From the NCBI RefSeq assembly GCF_004010195.1, contig NC_057720.1:31724831-31788830 (forward strand): a DNA stretch of 64,000 nt, in the 5' to 3' direction. The notes below the pieces were generated by a model, which saw nothing but the letters and a program-made list of their open reading frames with translations, was not told the origin of the DNA and made no database searches. Every line of letters starts with the position of its first letter. Within the stretch, counting starts at the first letter, position 1. Made by a program: the position numbers and the translations under genes. The DNA comes from Chiloscyllium plagiosum (Eukaryota). Positions 25,143-37,710 of this stretch are shown piece by piece.

Positions 25143-25338
25143 AGGCAAAAGTGATGACTGCAGATGCTGGACATCAGTCTAGATTAGTGTGCTGGAATAG
25201 TACAGCAGGTCATGCAGCATCTGAGGAGCAGGAAAATTGTTTTGGGCAAAAGCCTGTTAAAGGGCTTTTGCCTGAAATGTCTATTTTCCTGCTCCTCAGA
25301 TGTTGCCTGACCTGTGCTTTTCCAGTACTACTCTCTTT
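25143..25338. mobile_element. Fold-back Penelope-derived element at the 3' end of PLK3 intron 1
   Basis: Inverted arms centred at about 25260. TGAAGGTT is duplicated at 25135-25142 and 25339-25346. Confidence 0.8.
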
Positions 25339-25419
25339 TGAAGGTTGGCCAGTTCGAGATGTGAGGAGATTGGAACTGGATTTGCAATCTTACTAATTTT
25401 GTTTTTTTTTCATAATTAG

Positions 25420-25566
<147 letters not shown>

Positions 25567-27394
25567 TAATATACCATTTGAGGGAATAGTTTGATCTAAT
25601 AAAGCTCCCTCTTGAAGGGAAACCTATGACTTGCCTGAATTGGGAGGCTAAAAGGAGACTTAGTTTTAAGATGTATACATTGAGAGGCCTTAATTAGTGG
25701 TTGTGATGAACCCTTTTCCCCCTCTGACTATGGAGAATTGATTTTGGTAGGAGAATTACAAGAAAGCTGAGGAATTTTTTTTTTGAATTTGAAATGGGGA
25801 TCTGGGACTCCACTGAAATTGCACTAGAGGCAGAAACCCTCCAGTGTGTTCAGCCACGTACTGGAGGTACAGGACCTCCCCAATGATATGGACCAAATGC
25901 TGGGAAGTGGAATCTGGCTTGGTGGCTTATTTTACAGCTGGTGCAGACAGCATGGATAGACTTTATTTTTAAATCATTCATGTGACATGGGTTTGCAGTT
26001 TAGACCAGCATATTTGCCTGTCTCCAGTTGTGGTGGTGAGCTGCTGCCTTGAATAACTTGCAATCCACTTGATGTAGGCACTTTCTCAGTATTTTGAGAG
26101 GGAGAGAGTTCTGAGATTGACTCAGTGACAATGTTTTGTTTTTGAGGTCAGGGTGGGTGGCTTGGCGGGGAACTTGCAGGTAATGCTCCAATGCACTTGT
26201 TGCCCTTTTCCTTTTGAAACTGTTGTGGTCATGGGTTTGGATAGTGCTGCCTGAGGAGCCTTAGTGAATTTCTGCTATGTGTCTTGTTGATGGTGCACAC
26301 TGCTGTGAACTGGCAGTGGAGGAGTGTCAGTGGGATCCTGAAAACCAAATGGGCTGCTTGCCTTGGATGGTGTCAAGCTTCTGGTGTTGGAGCTGCATCA
26401 AGGCAAGTAGTGTGCTCATCTCACTGACATGTGCTTTGTGGATGATGGATAGGCTTTGGGAAATCAGAATGTGTAGTCACCCTTGCTTCTCTTACCACCG
26501 TAGAGGTATAGGGAACTGAAGCAGAACTCTTGGTCCTACTTGCCCATGCTGACCAGGTATCCTAAATTAATCTAGTCTATTGGAACTCTGTTCTCTGGCT
26601 CATGTCTGAGTAATGAGGTCAGGAGCTGAGTGGCCCTGCAGAACCCAAAATGCATCACTGAGCAGATTATTGCTAAGTGCCGTTTGATAGAATTGTTGAT
26701 GGGATATTCTTTCTCTTTCCCCCCCCCCATCATCCAGAGACTGATTGATAGAGTAGTAATTTCACTGGGTTAGATTTGTCCTGCATTTAATGTTCAGGAT
26801 ATGCTTGGGTAACTTTCTACATTGGGTCGATTCCATACTAAAGCTGCATGGCTAGGGGGGTCAAGGTTGAGTAATAGTGGTATGTTCTTCAGAAGGGTTG
26901 GTGCAGACTCAATGGGCTGAATTGCCTTTTTCTGCACTGTAGGGAATTTAAAATTCTAATGTCAAGGACCCATAGCATTTGCAATATAGTGCCTTTGGCT
27001 GTTTCTGTCAATCCACATAGTCAATCAAATTTGATTGACTCTATGTTGCAGACTTCATGGAGACCGGGATAGTCGTCCACTTTGTGCACCTAGGTGAGCA
27101 TCTTCTAAAGATGGAGAAATGTAGGGGAGTATCTGTGCATAATTTACTCTTCCAAAAGAGCCTGCACAGAATTGATGGGTTGAATGGCCTTTTTTGTTAA
27201 GCAATTGCTACAACAGAGCTTTCTGAGCTTCTGTCCTAAGCATACCAGATGTTTTGAGATGGGCCTACTTGAGAGGTCTGTGAATCTTAGCTTAACGTAG
27301 TTTTGTGTCCTGGCAAATGGTATATAAATGAAAACATTTCACTTGAGCTATAACTACCTCTGGAAGACTAAATCAAGTTTTGTTTTTATAATAG

Positions 27395-27559
<165 letters not shown>

Positions 27560-27777
27560 TAGTTCTTTATGCATAAAGTGTGCAAATTTTTGAATCCTTA
27601 AACATAAACTCTTATCAATTCAATTGTCAACAATAGTTTGAAATTGCACTGAATATTTCATCTACTTTGATTAAAGTAGATTTTTAAAATAACACTTAGT
27701 TGCTATATTCATTTATTAATTGTATTGTTTCTGCTCCTTTAAAACTAAGGAAAAAGTCTATGCAGTTTTCTTAGTGA

Positions 27778-28270
<493 letters not shown>

Positions 28271-28577
28271 TTCTTTGAAGGCTAAGTACTTGCAGTTCAC
28301 TTTAGTATTTCTGGCTTGGAGGGGGAAAACTTGGTCTGATATCCAATGACTAAGTGTGTGCATCTGAAACTTTACTGTCTTCTTTTTTTAAAAAAAACTT
28401 TCATTTTCCATCTCTATTCTGGAGGTGTCACTTTGCATGAACCTGGGCACTAATCTTGGTCAATTAATGACAATTTTGGGTTAGGTAAGAGAATGTGACT
28501 AATTCCAGCAAACTAATCCCTGTTGAGAATCCCTTTTTTGGTTTTATGCCCCACCCACCTTTTCAGAGACCAATGCC

Positions 28578-29290
28578 TAGAGTCATACAGCGTGGTAAGA
28601 CATCCCTCAATCCAACTATTCAATCTGAATCATGTTCCCAAATCAAACTAGTCCCATTTGTTTTGTTTTTTTTGTTTTTCCTCTTATTCACTAGCTTTAT
28701 CCAAATATCTTAGAGTTGCAACTGTACCGGTATCCACTGGAAATTCATTCCCCACGCAAATCACAATACCAAAAAGGTGCCCCTCTTGTCCTCTTAAATC
28801 TTTCCACCTCCCCTTAAATGTGTCTGATAGTTTTGGATTCTCCCTCATCTTATTGTTGCCCCTCATATTATAAATCTCCAAGGTCACCCCTCAACATCCT
28901 ATGCTGCATTGAAAAAAGATAACTCAAACCTTTCATTCCTGGTGAATATTCTCTGGACCACCACCCCATAATCTATCTTATCACCCTTCCTATAGCAGGG
29001 TGATAAGAATGGTACACAATACACCAGAAGCAGCTTCACTAATGTCCTGTACAATCTCAGCATGATGTCCCAATCCAAATACTCAAGGTCTGAGCAATGA
29101 AGGCAAGCATGCTAAATGCTGCTTTAATGAGTCTGTTCTTTGTCTACATATGATGCAAATTTCAATGTACCTGAACGTCTAGGTCTCTGTTTGGCAATAT
29201 TACCCAGGGCCCTACTCTCAATATATATCTTGCCCTTGTATTGCATTTTGGTAAAATGAACTCATCTGCCATTCCTTGGCCCAAGCTCGC
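28578..29290 (-). mobile_element. Decayed CR1 fragment in PLK3 intron 4
   Basis: Recognisable CR1 3' end and RT C-terminal sequence, with many mismatches. Confidence 0.75.
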
Positions 29291-29457
29291 TATTGGCCTG
29301 AGCCCAAGGAATTGATCAAGCCCATTATTGTATCTTCTGGCCATGTATTAACCAGAGAGAAATCAGTATCACATTGCCTTTCCAAAGGAAGTATAAAGAT
29401 TTTGGCCTTGACTGATGTGGGTTTTAGTGCACTAAACCTGTTTTAGAATAAATGTAA

Positions 29458-29643
<186 letters not shown>

Positions 29644-29971
29644 TGATCGGGCCAGTCCAGATTTGGGGCAATTGGAGAAGAGATGGTGGTAAGAATTACC
29701 AACTGTGTATATTTACAATTGGTCAGTAGCACAAGGAAGCTGTGGTAAGCTGTAAAAGCTAGTGTATGCAGTTAGGATCTGTCTTTGGAGCACTGATCTC
29801 GAGTGGTAGTTATTGGACCTAGAAATGATTGCTGGATGTGCAGTGCTCTTTCAGGCCTTACTCCAGAAAGACAAGTCCTGCAGAGGAAGAGAAAGGGTTT
29901 ACTAACTGGCTTTGCATTAAGTTTTGACAGTTGAATAAGCTAGACATGAGTTAGTCAAACTAGTTTAATAA

Positions 29972-30112
<141 letters not shown>

Positions 30113-30550
30113 TAAGTTGCTTTTTTTTTTTGTATAGCAATCAGAAGTTATGGAAAAAGTGGCAAACCGCTGTAGATAATTAAGGCTATTTTTAACAGCT
30201 GTAGATCAATTTGGAGCAGGCATGGGGTTTATTTGTATTAACAAAACCGCTACTTCCTGTGCAACAAGCCTCAGTGCTGACATAAACATCAGTTAAAGTG
30301 GTGATGTCAAGCCTGAAATGTGAGAATCTTCAGCAAACAAAGGTCTGGCCTGGCTGACATCAGCAACATTTTAGACTGTTTTTCTGATCATGCAGCTTTC
30401 AGCATCCAATTTTCTAAGCTGACAAATTCCACGGTCTGCATCATAGTACAGCTCAATGTGCAGGAAACTCACCAATAGCACTTCCTAGTTGTTCAAGCCC
30501 TTCTCGAGCAGAGATTAATCTTTTTATTTTGTTAAACCAGCCACTGATAC

Positions 30551-30681
30551 GGATTCCTGATGAAGGGCTTTTGCTCAAAATGTCAAATTTTTTTAAATTT
30601 TTTTTTTCTGCTCCTCTGCCTGACCTGCTGTGCTTTTCCAGCACCACTCTGATCTCCAGCATCTGCAGTCCTCCCTTTCAC
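30551..30681 (+). mobile_element. Short Penelope-derived hammerhead element in PLK3 intron 6, core decayed
   Basis: ATTCCTGATGAAGGGCTTTTGCTCAAAATGTC plus the family tail. Flanked by CCAGCCACTGATAC (30537-30550) and CCAGTCACTGATAC (30682-30695). Confidence 0.8.
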
Positions 30682-30967
30682 CCAGTCACTGATACTGTTG
30701 TATCTTGCTGACAGCTTGATCCTTGTTCTTGTTGAGCTCAGTTTGTGGAAGTCTGCATATCTGAACAAAGTTCCTATGTAGCACTTAAATCAATCTCTTG
30801 TAGAAACAAAACTTGAGACACTTCACACTTTCATCTTAAAAGCATGAAGGCCTCAATTGCAAACTATGATGCAATTGTAAATTGTTTGCTTCTATTGTCA
30901 ATTTTACATGCTGTTTTTAAAATGGAGGATGTTGCTGGGATATTAAACTGTTTTCTGTTGTTCATAG

Positions 30968-31166
30968 GTACACCATGTTGTCTGGCCGGCCTCCATTTGA
31001 GACCTCTGACCTCAAGGACACCTACAGATGCATTCGAGCAGTTGAGTACAGCATGCCATCATCATTTTCAGCTGCTGCAAAGGATCTTGTCAGTAGCATC
31101 CTAAAGAAGAATCCAGAACAAAGACCTACACTAGATGCGGTTATGCACCATGACTTTTTTACAAAA
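30968..31166 (+). CDS. PLK3: PLK3 exon 7 (MYTMLSGRPPFETSDLKDTYRCI...HDFFTK)
   Basis: Kinase C-lobe including PPFET; AG/GTAAGG borders; 199 nt. Confidence 0.96.
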
Positions 31167-31765
31167 GTAAGGACACTTCTCAGATTGGACTGATCATACA
31201 TGGGGAGGGTGGAAAATAATACAGTAATATTGGGTCAGCTGTGATTGAATATCAAGAGTCTGTTGTCATCAAACACTTTTTAAACTGTTTAGAGACTATA
31301 CCTTTTTTTGAGCATATTTTGCAATAGTTGCTCTGCAATGCTTCTCTCCAATCTTTATGGTTACTTTAATTTTAGTAACATTGGGAAAGGATTTACCTTT
31401 ATAAAAGCAAATAACTCTGGATGTTACTTCCTCTATCCTGTTAATTTGCAAAGGGAATCCCTTCAGTGACATTTGCCATAGTTGCCTGAGCCACTTGTAT
31501 TTGTGAATATTTTGAGTATTGCACAATTAATGACTAGTAATCATCAGCTATTTTGAAGAACAGGATTTTTGGTTACTTTAGTAATTTTCAATATAAACTA
31601 AATATGAACAGGAGCAGGCCACTTGGTCCTTTATAGACTTCTCTGCCATTCAATAAGATTTATATATAATTCTCAACATAAACCAACTAAGTATTTGGTT
31701 TGCTTTTGGATTTTTTGAGTTTATGTAAACATTTTTTTAATCAAGGAATTTTTTTGTCTGTGCAG

Positions 31766-31895
31766 GGCTTTATACCTGATGTGCTCCACCCAAGCAGCTG
31801 TTTAATGGTTCCTGAACTGAATATCCCAACTCCCACTAAAAACTTCTTGAAAAAGTTTACTGAAGCTTTGTTTTTTAGGAAAAAAAACTCAAAAG
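31766..31895 (+). CDS. PLK3: PLK3 exon 8 (GFIPDVLHPSSCLMVPEL...FFRKKNSK)
   Basis: Post-kinase linker typical of PLK2/3; CAG/GTTAGT borders; 130 nt. Confidence 0.92.
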
Positions 31896-32594
31896 GTTAG
31901 TGATATGACAACTTTATATAATGTTGCTAAAATTCCTGGAGAGTTAAAATTAGTCTCGCTGTTTTTTTTTTTTAACTATTACCATAAGCCTGATTTGCTG
32001 ATCACTTGTAGCCATGCAATCCTGCAGCTTTCAGGTGGTTAACCGTGGCTGATAGACAAGGTTAAAAGCTTTGTCTCTAGCATCAATTTTTTAAAAATAC
32101 TTTGGATAACTCAGCTGTTTTTAAATTGACTTCTAAAGTGTCTACAAAGGCTATCATTATATTCCATCCTCTCCTATTGCATGATTTGGGATGCATGTAA
32201 TTTAAATTGCAAGTAACTATACACTAAAACTTTAATTTTTTTTTCTTCCATATTACATAACCTTACAACATAAAGATGTTGTAATTTGTTCATTCTTTGG
32301 AAAGTTCATTTGATTCTTGCACCTAAACTCAGCTTTGAAAAGCCATGTAGTCTGTAGCGATCATCATACCATTTCTTTCTTGTGTGGAAATTCTTTAGCA
32401 CTAGAGGAAAGCTTTTTATTTCCAAAATCAGTGTTTCTGCTGAATCGTGTCCCTTGCTCTAATGGTTCAGCTTGGCTTCAATCTCTGAGCAAAGAACTAT
32501 GTTCCACACAGCAATCTCTTGCAATCTATATTAAATAAATCTAGTATAGTTTTTACAAAACTTCTTTAGTCTAAAACGTGCATCTGGATTGCAG

Positions 32595-32704
32595 ATACGA
32601 AAACCATTTGTGTGGAGAAGGATGATATTTCCAAGCTTGCTGCAGATCTTGTAAAGACCTCCATCCACAGACAGACCAGCTATAAAACTGAGAATGCAAC
32701 TGAG
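32595..32704 (+). CDS. PLK3: PLK3 exon 9 (DTKTICVEKDDISKLAADLVKTSIHRQTSYKTENATE)
   Basis: Open frame between a TTGCAG acceptor and a GTAATG donor, phase 1 to 0, fitting both neighbours. Linker resembles PLK2/3 (DDISKL). Not in the ORF track. Confidence 0.82.
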
Positions 32705-33474
32705 GTAATGACAACTTAATTGAAGCACTCTATTTCTGTTTTTCTTCCTTGCCAGATAAATGGAGTCTAATTCCCTTACATCCGTGTGTTAGTTCCATTA
32801 ATAAAAATTTGAGTCTTGCCTCATCTGTTTTTAACTCTTGCTTCATTCGAAAATGACCATTCAGGCCTTTTCTAAACTCTTTTCTAGCCTCTTTAATTGT
32901 ATTTCTTTGTATTGTAGTAATATATTTGCATAATTTGGTAAAGGCTTTTGCATTTATTGAAGTCCAAAATCCAATTGTAGCACCCTAGTATCACTTCATT
33001 TCTGAATTGGAAAGTAACAAGAAGTTGGATGCAATTCTTATGACAGATATTAAAAATCTGTTGCAAATATTGCAGAGTTACAACAGCAAATGTCAAGTGC
33101 AAAATATCATGTTCTTGAGGTCAAATGACTCATAGAAAATTTTGATATGCAGGAGGAGATGAAGGAAATGCGTTCCTTTTTTATGTTGGAATCATTGTGG
33201 CTTCCTGCATTTGCACTTAACCTACTTAACTGATGTTGATCGTAACTGTTGCAAACAGTTTCCTGTTCTTGCATGAAGTCCTTGATCAATGTACTTTTTT
33301 TGGTTCTGTGCAAACACTTTTTTGAATTTTCAGACTTGGATGTTGTTTCTAATGATAGCAATATCTTTGTTTCCTGAATGTGCTCAAAATATTAACAACT
33401 GTTTAGATGTTTCTGATATTGAAGAATTCTTTTTTGCTTTTTATTTATGCATATTTGTATTCTTCTTTTCTTAG

Positions 33475-33574
33475 CCTACATTTCCAACTGGCCAAACAGC
33501 AAACACCTTTCAGAGAGGAACTGAAGATGATTCAAAAAAGTTAATCACTGAAACAGAAGGTGCTAATTATGAAA
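33475..33574 (+). CDS. PLK3: PLK3 exon 10 (PTFPTGQTANTFQRGTEDDSKKLITETEGANYE)
   Basis: Strong polypyrimidine/TAG acceptor and GTGAGT donor. Its 100 nt restore phase between exons 9 and 11. The linker sequence itself is divergent. Confidence 0.78.
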
Positions 33575-33699
33575 GTGAGTTGATCACTTTATTTTTTTTC
33601 TTCCATATCCAGAAGTGCTCTGGCACACCAGTGAATGGCACCACCAATCCTGTTTTCGCTCTTTAACCACAAACTGCCACCAGTAAATCACTAGCTGTA

Positions 33700-33895
33700 C
33701 GATCTTGGCTCCATTGACTAGACAGCTGGTTTGCAATGAGTGACACAACAGCAGTGTTTCCTGGACCAGCTGAGGTCGTAATGAAGGACATACCTCAACA
33801 TTTCTTTTTCCCACCCCTGTGGCAACCCTCTGGTTAAACCTCCTACTAATGAGTGAGCAGCCCCATGGTCTGCTAAAACTCTGGCAACTTTAGCT
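33700..33895 (+). mobile_element. Ancient SINE-like repeat in PLK3 intron 10 (family unassigned)
   Basis: Shares the ACCCTC.GGTTAAAC...CTAATGAG.GAG.AGC...ATGGTC...GGC.ACTTTA block with 50935-51125. Confidence 0.5.
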
Positions 33896-33988
33896 TTGTA
33901 ATCTACCAATTGAATTACATCACAATGATCTATGACTCTAACTGAAATATATCCTGGATGTTGACAATATTCTTGTTTTATTTTGTAG

Positions 33989-34072
33989 CTGCTGAAGATG
34001 GGTCTGTAGCTCAGCAAATGGCAGATGCTGCTTCCCACGTTCTCGAAAGCTGTCTTTCAGCCATGCCATCAG
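33989..34072 (+). CDS. PLK3: PLK3 exon 11 (TAEDGSVAQQMADAASHVLESCLSAMPS)
   Basis: Polo-cap region (VLESCL..MP); AG/GT borders; 84 nt. Confidence 0.9.
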
Positions 34073-34610
34073 GTATTTTTTTTCTGTATTTGCAATTCAG
34101 TGGAGTTCAAATAAAAATCACTAATTGGACACAACGTTTTAACGATCTCTCCCTTTGTTTTTCAGAAAATTCAACCCCCCCCATCACTTTAGTTTGCACT
34201 AATTTCTATTTAAATATTTGCCTTGCATGATAGCAAGTAGTCTTTTAAATAGCCTCCTAGAAAGAAAGGATCTTATACTTCTATTATGTAATTTTATAGC
34301 CAGTAAATTGGGCTTCTGACATGTGCGATTAGTGCCACCAGCATTAATAATCTGAATCACAAAATTGTTTAGAGGAATTTTTTGTTTGCCAGGAAACGTG
34401 TTCCCTTCTAAGTTTAAGGGAACTTTTCTTTGCAGTCATGAGGGAATGATCCAGTGTTGTCCCAGCTTGATGTTTGTGTGGGCCTGAATGCTTCCCCTAA
34501 ATTTCCAGTGGACAAATGATTCTAATAAACCAAAGCTACTGAACTAGATATTTCTCTTGTATATTTAGACGAATGAAAAACACTAATTTTGTGGGTTTTT
34601 TCTTTTGCAG

Positions 34611-34779
34611 TGAAAAAAAGCCCAGTTGGACACAGCCTACATAGGTCCAAACCCTTCTTGTGGGTTACCAAATGGGTTGACTACTCCAATAAATATGGCT
34701 TTGGTTACCAGTTGTCTAATCGTAGCATTGGTGTCCTGTTCAATGATGGAACTCATATGAGTCTCTCTGCAGACAGGAG
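34611..34779 (+). CDS. PLK3: PLK3 exon 12, polo-box 1 ([19 protein letters not shown]...LFNDGTH)
   Basis: Diagnostic polo-box motif [15 protein letters not shown]; donor GTGAGT; 169 nt. Confidence 0.97.
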
Positions 34780-35085
34780 GTGAGTCCCATTCCTTAACTT
34801 AAATTGTGAACCACTTGCAGAAGATCTTCTGCAACCTCTTCTCTATTCAACCCAGGTACAGAAAGTCCTAATGGCATGAATGTAAATGTTAGCTTTGACA
34901 CATTGCTGGCATCTAACTTTCTTTAGAATCTGTCAAAAACCTTTTCTCCCCCCACTTTCTGAAACATGTGTTCAGCAAATTTTACACTGTAGCATCAGAT
35001 TTTTTTGCTTTGTCATGTGTGGAACTTAATTAAGCATGATTTCCCAGATACTGAACTTTCTTGTTTCCCCTCTCTCTTTTCACAG

Positions 35086-35215
35086 GAGTGTGTATTATTA
35101 CCTCAATAACCACCAGCATTTTTCCTTCTCTGCCTCTGCAATTCCAGAGCAGCTAGTGAAACAGATGACAATTGTCCAGTATTTTGCCAATTACATGGAA
35201 GAAAACTTAATGGAG
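35086..35215 (+). CDS. PLK3: PLK3 exon 13 (SVYYYLNN...QYFANYMEENLME)
   Basis: Polo-box 1 end YF..YMEENLM; AG/GTGAG borders; 130 nt. Confidence 0.95.
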
Positions 35216-35453
35216 GTGAGATATAACAGCTTTGATATTACTGCATACCAAAACTCCCAAACACTCTAATTTAACAATTTTTTTTGTGATTACCAGTTTT
35301 TAAATCAGCTAAAATTCTTCAGAAACTGAATTCAGTTCTAGATCTTTCATAAACTTGTCATGATTTGTTAAATGTCTATATTTAAAATTACATCAATATA
35401 TTGCAAGTTTCAAAGGAAAATGATTACGTTAGAATTTAACTTTTTTTTTGCAG

Positions 35454-35570
35454 GGAGGCAACTTGCCCAGAACATTCCTTGAAGATTGTCATGATCCATC
35501 TTTGTTCCTGTTGCAGTGGGTTAAAACTGATCATTCCCTATTGATGCTGTTCAACAATGGTACTTTACAG
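35454..35570 (+). CDS. PLK3: PLK3 exon 14 (GGNLP...LLQWVKTDHSLLMLFNNGTLQ)
   Basis: Polo-box 2 LLQWVKTD (PLK3-type); AG/GT borders; 117 nt. Confidence 0.96.
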
Positions 35571-35917
35571 GTAACCTTCTCTTCCAATTTAAGTTTGGTC
35601 AATCTAGTTAATAGCTGCCTAATGCTATTGCCTTAGCCAATTCCTCCTCTTTATCCTGTACAACTAAATTTGCCATTGAGCATAATGAGTCATAAATATG
35701 CTTTGGGCTGCTGGAATCTGAACTTTTTTTTGTTTTCAGTTAACTAAACGTTAAATATTACTCCCCACAAACTCATTCAGAACAATGAGCACTGAATATC
35801 TGTCCAGTGATGTAACGTCTCTTCTGATTGTTAAAACATCTGTCCTCAGGACTAGAATGATTGAACTTTGTACATTAATATTCTCAAAGTATTAAAATTG
35901 TTTTTTTGTCTTAACAG

Positions 35918-36121
35918 GTTAACTTTTATCATGATCACACAAAACTCATTCTGTGTAAAGCTGACCATTCTTATCTACTTACTTATATCAACAAAGATCG
36001 TGTTGCCTGCACATACAGATTGAGCACTATAATGGAACTAGGCTGTTCACAAGAACTCCACCACCGTCTGACATATACACTGAAACTGTTGCAACAGCAA
36101 CAGAAGGCAAATCACATATGA
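35918..36121 (+). CDS. PLK3: PLK3 exon 15, terminal coding exon (VNFYHDHTKLIL...LQQQQKANHI*)
   Basis: VNFY.DHTK phosphopeptide pincer; stop TGA at 36119-36121. The joined CDS is 1920 nt (639 aa). Confidence 0.95.
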   Translation, partial: VNFYHDHTKLILCKADHSYLLTYINKDRVACTYRLSTIMELGCSQELHHRLTYTLKLLQQQQKANHI

Positions 36122-37530
36122 ATCAATCACTTTTTGAGGAGGAATATAACATTACTTCTACTATGGACTCTTACTTGGTGCAAACTATTGAACCACCTGG
36201 CAAGAAAAGCTGCTGTTTATTTTGGAGGCGTGGAATCTGAAGTCAGACTATTGGTGGTTTATAATCGTGTCTGTTTTAAATGTCACTAATGAGAAGGATA
36301 TGTTCACATAAGCGAGCTGTTGAAGTTTTTTTGTTTTTCCACTCCCTCCATGCTAGAGTTTGAAGAACTTCAGTGGGAAGTGAAATTTGCCACAGTTTCC
36401 TAATTATACCCTAAAATTGACTTGTATAAATTTAAGCCGCTGTTCTGGTGCATCAAAGGTTTTTTCAAAATCTCCTGATTTTTACTGGTATGGAAAGCAA
36501 ATCTTTATCTCCCACTTATCACCTGGCAAGCTTTTAACTACTTGGCTTTGAGTTTGCTAAGTCTTCAACCTCCTCTAAGAAAACCATGCTGCCTCTATAT
36601 TGGTAAGAATGTTTCAGAATGCAGTGGGTCCAGCTCCATTTCAAAACTGGCTAATTTGGGTCAGATTATGTTGAATGCTAACACTGGGAATGGCAGATGC
36701 TTATTGCAGATGGAGTGCAGGATAATCCATTGTTCATTCTATCAAGATCTGGATAGACCAGAATGGATCAACCTACTTTGATTTGGTTCCTTAGTGCCAT
36801 GAACAGTGTGTTGCTTTTCCCTTTTTTTGAATGAAAGCAAACTCTTCTACATTTTAAACTAATCGATGTGTACAGGCTTCGGTTACTGACTTTTTTTTTT
36901 GTTTTAAAAAGCTAGGTTCGAAATCAAAATCCTGGTTTGATACATCTGTGTAATGACCTGCATTTTCTGACTTTTGTACTGCTTGTTTTAGATTTGTATG
37001 TCTGGCAACAGCAGTCTGCTCTGTTCCAGTAATGCCCTTTTGTGTGGAGAGTCTGAGAGGAAGAGATTTGGTTATTGGTTATGACCAGCCTAGTGGTTTC
37101 TTTCCCCCAGACTCTCTACAGACTAGATGTACAGCTTGTTAAGGTAAATTTTGCAACATGGAACCACAATTCCTTTATGAAGTGAGACTAAATTCTTACA
37201 TTTAGCAGTACCAAAAAGGCAATTGTAGCTGAGTTCTTTAATTATCTTAACTGCTTTAAGCTTTTATTTTTGCCTGTTGATGGTTGGGAGAAGTAAGACC
37301 TCCTAATATCCAGCAGATTAAAACCAAAACTTTTGTTTTTATCCCACTGGTATTCCTGGAAATTTGTTTCATATTAATAGAACATTTATAAAGTGGAAAA
37401 CTTAAAATTACTTGCTCTTTCAGGGTAGTGGAGAAGGTGGTACAAAATGTGGTACAACTGAAGATTTAAATCTTAATGTTCAGCTCATTCCTTTATCTAT
37501 GCCTCTGGTGAGGTCTCTAGATTCAAAAGT

Positions 37531-37617
37531 ATTTAATACATTTGATCTTATTTATGTTAATGAAAATATTGAATGAGCCTATTTATTTTTGTATTTATTA
37601 TTTATTTCCTTTATTTT
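37531..37617 (+). promoter_or_regulatory. AU-rich element cluster in the PLK3 3' UTR
   Basis: Five ATTTA pentamers (37531, 37550, 37581, 37593, 37600), including the TTATTTATT nonamer at 37598-37606. Confidence 0.75.
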
Positions 37618-37676
37618 TAAGGATAACCATGCAATTGAAGTTGTGAAAAAGGAGTTGTGAAACTCTCAATTATCAA

Positions 37677-37710
37677 AATAAAATTCTTTTTTTCTTTGAA
37701 TCTTTGTTTC
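37677..37710 (+). terminator. Probable PLK3 polyadenylation signal (AATAAA plus downstream U-rich tract)
   Basis: AATAAA at 37677-37682, just after the ARE cluster and followed by T-rich/GT sequence. Implies a 3' UTR of about 1.6 kb. Confidence 0.65.

Noticed and set aside
32570..32594. Upstream AG at 32568-32569 as the exon 9 acceptor
   Set aside because: It gives an immediate in-frame TAA. The CAG ending at 32594 keeps the frame.
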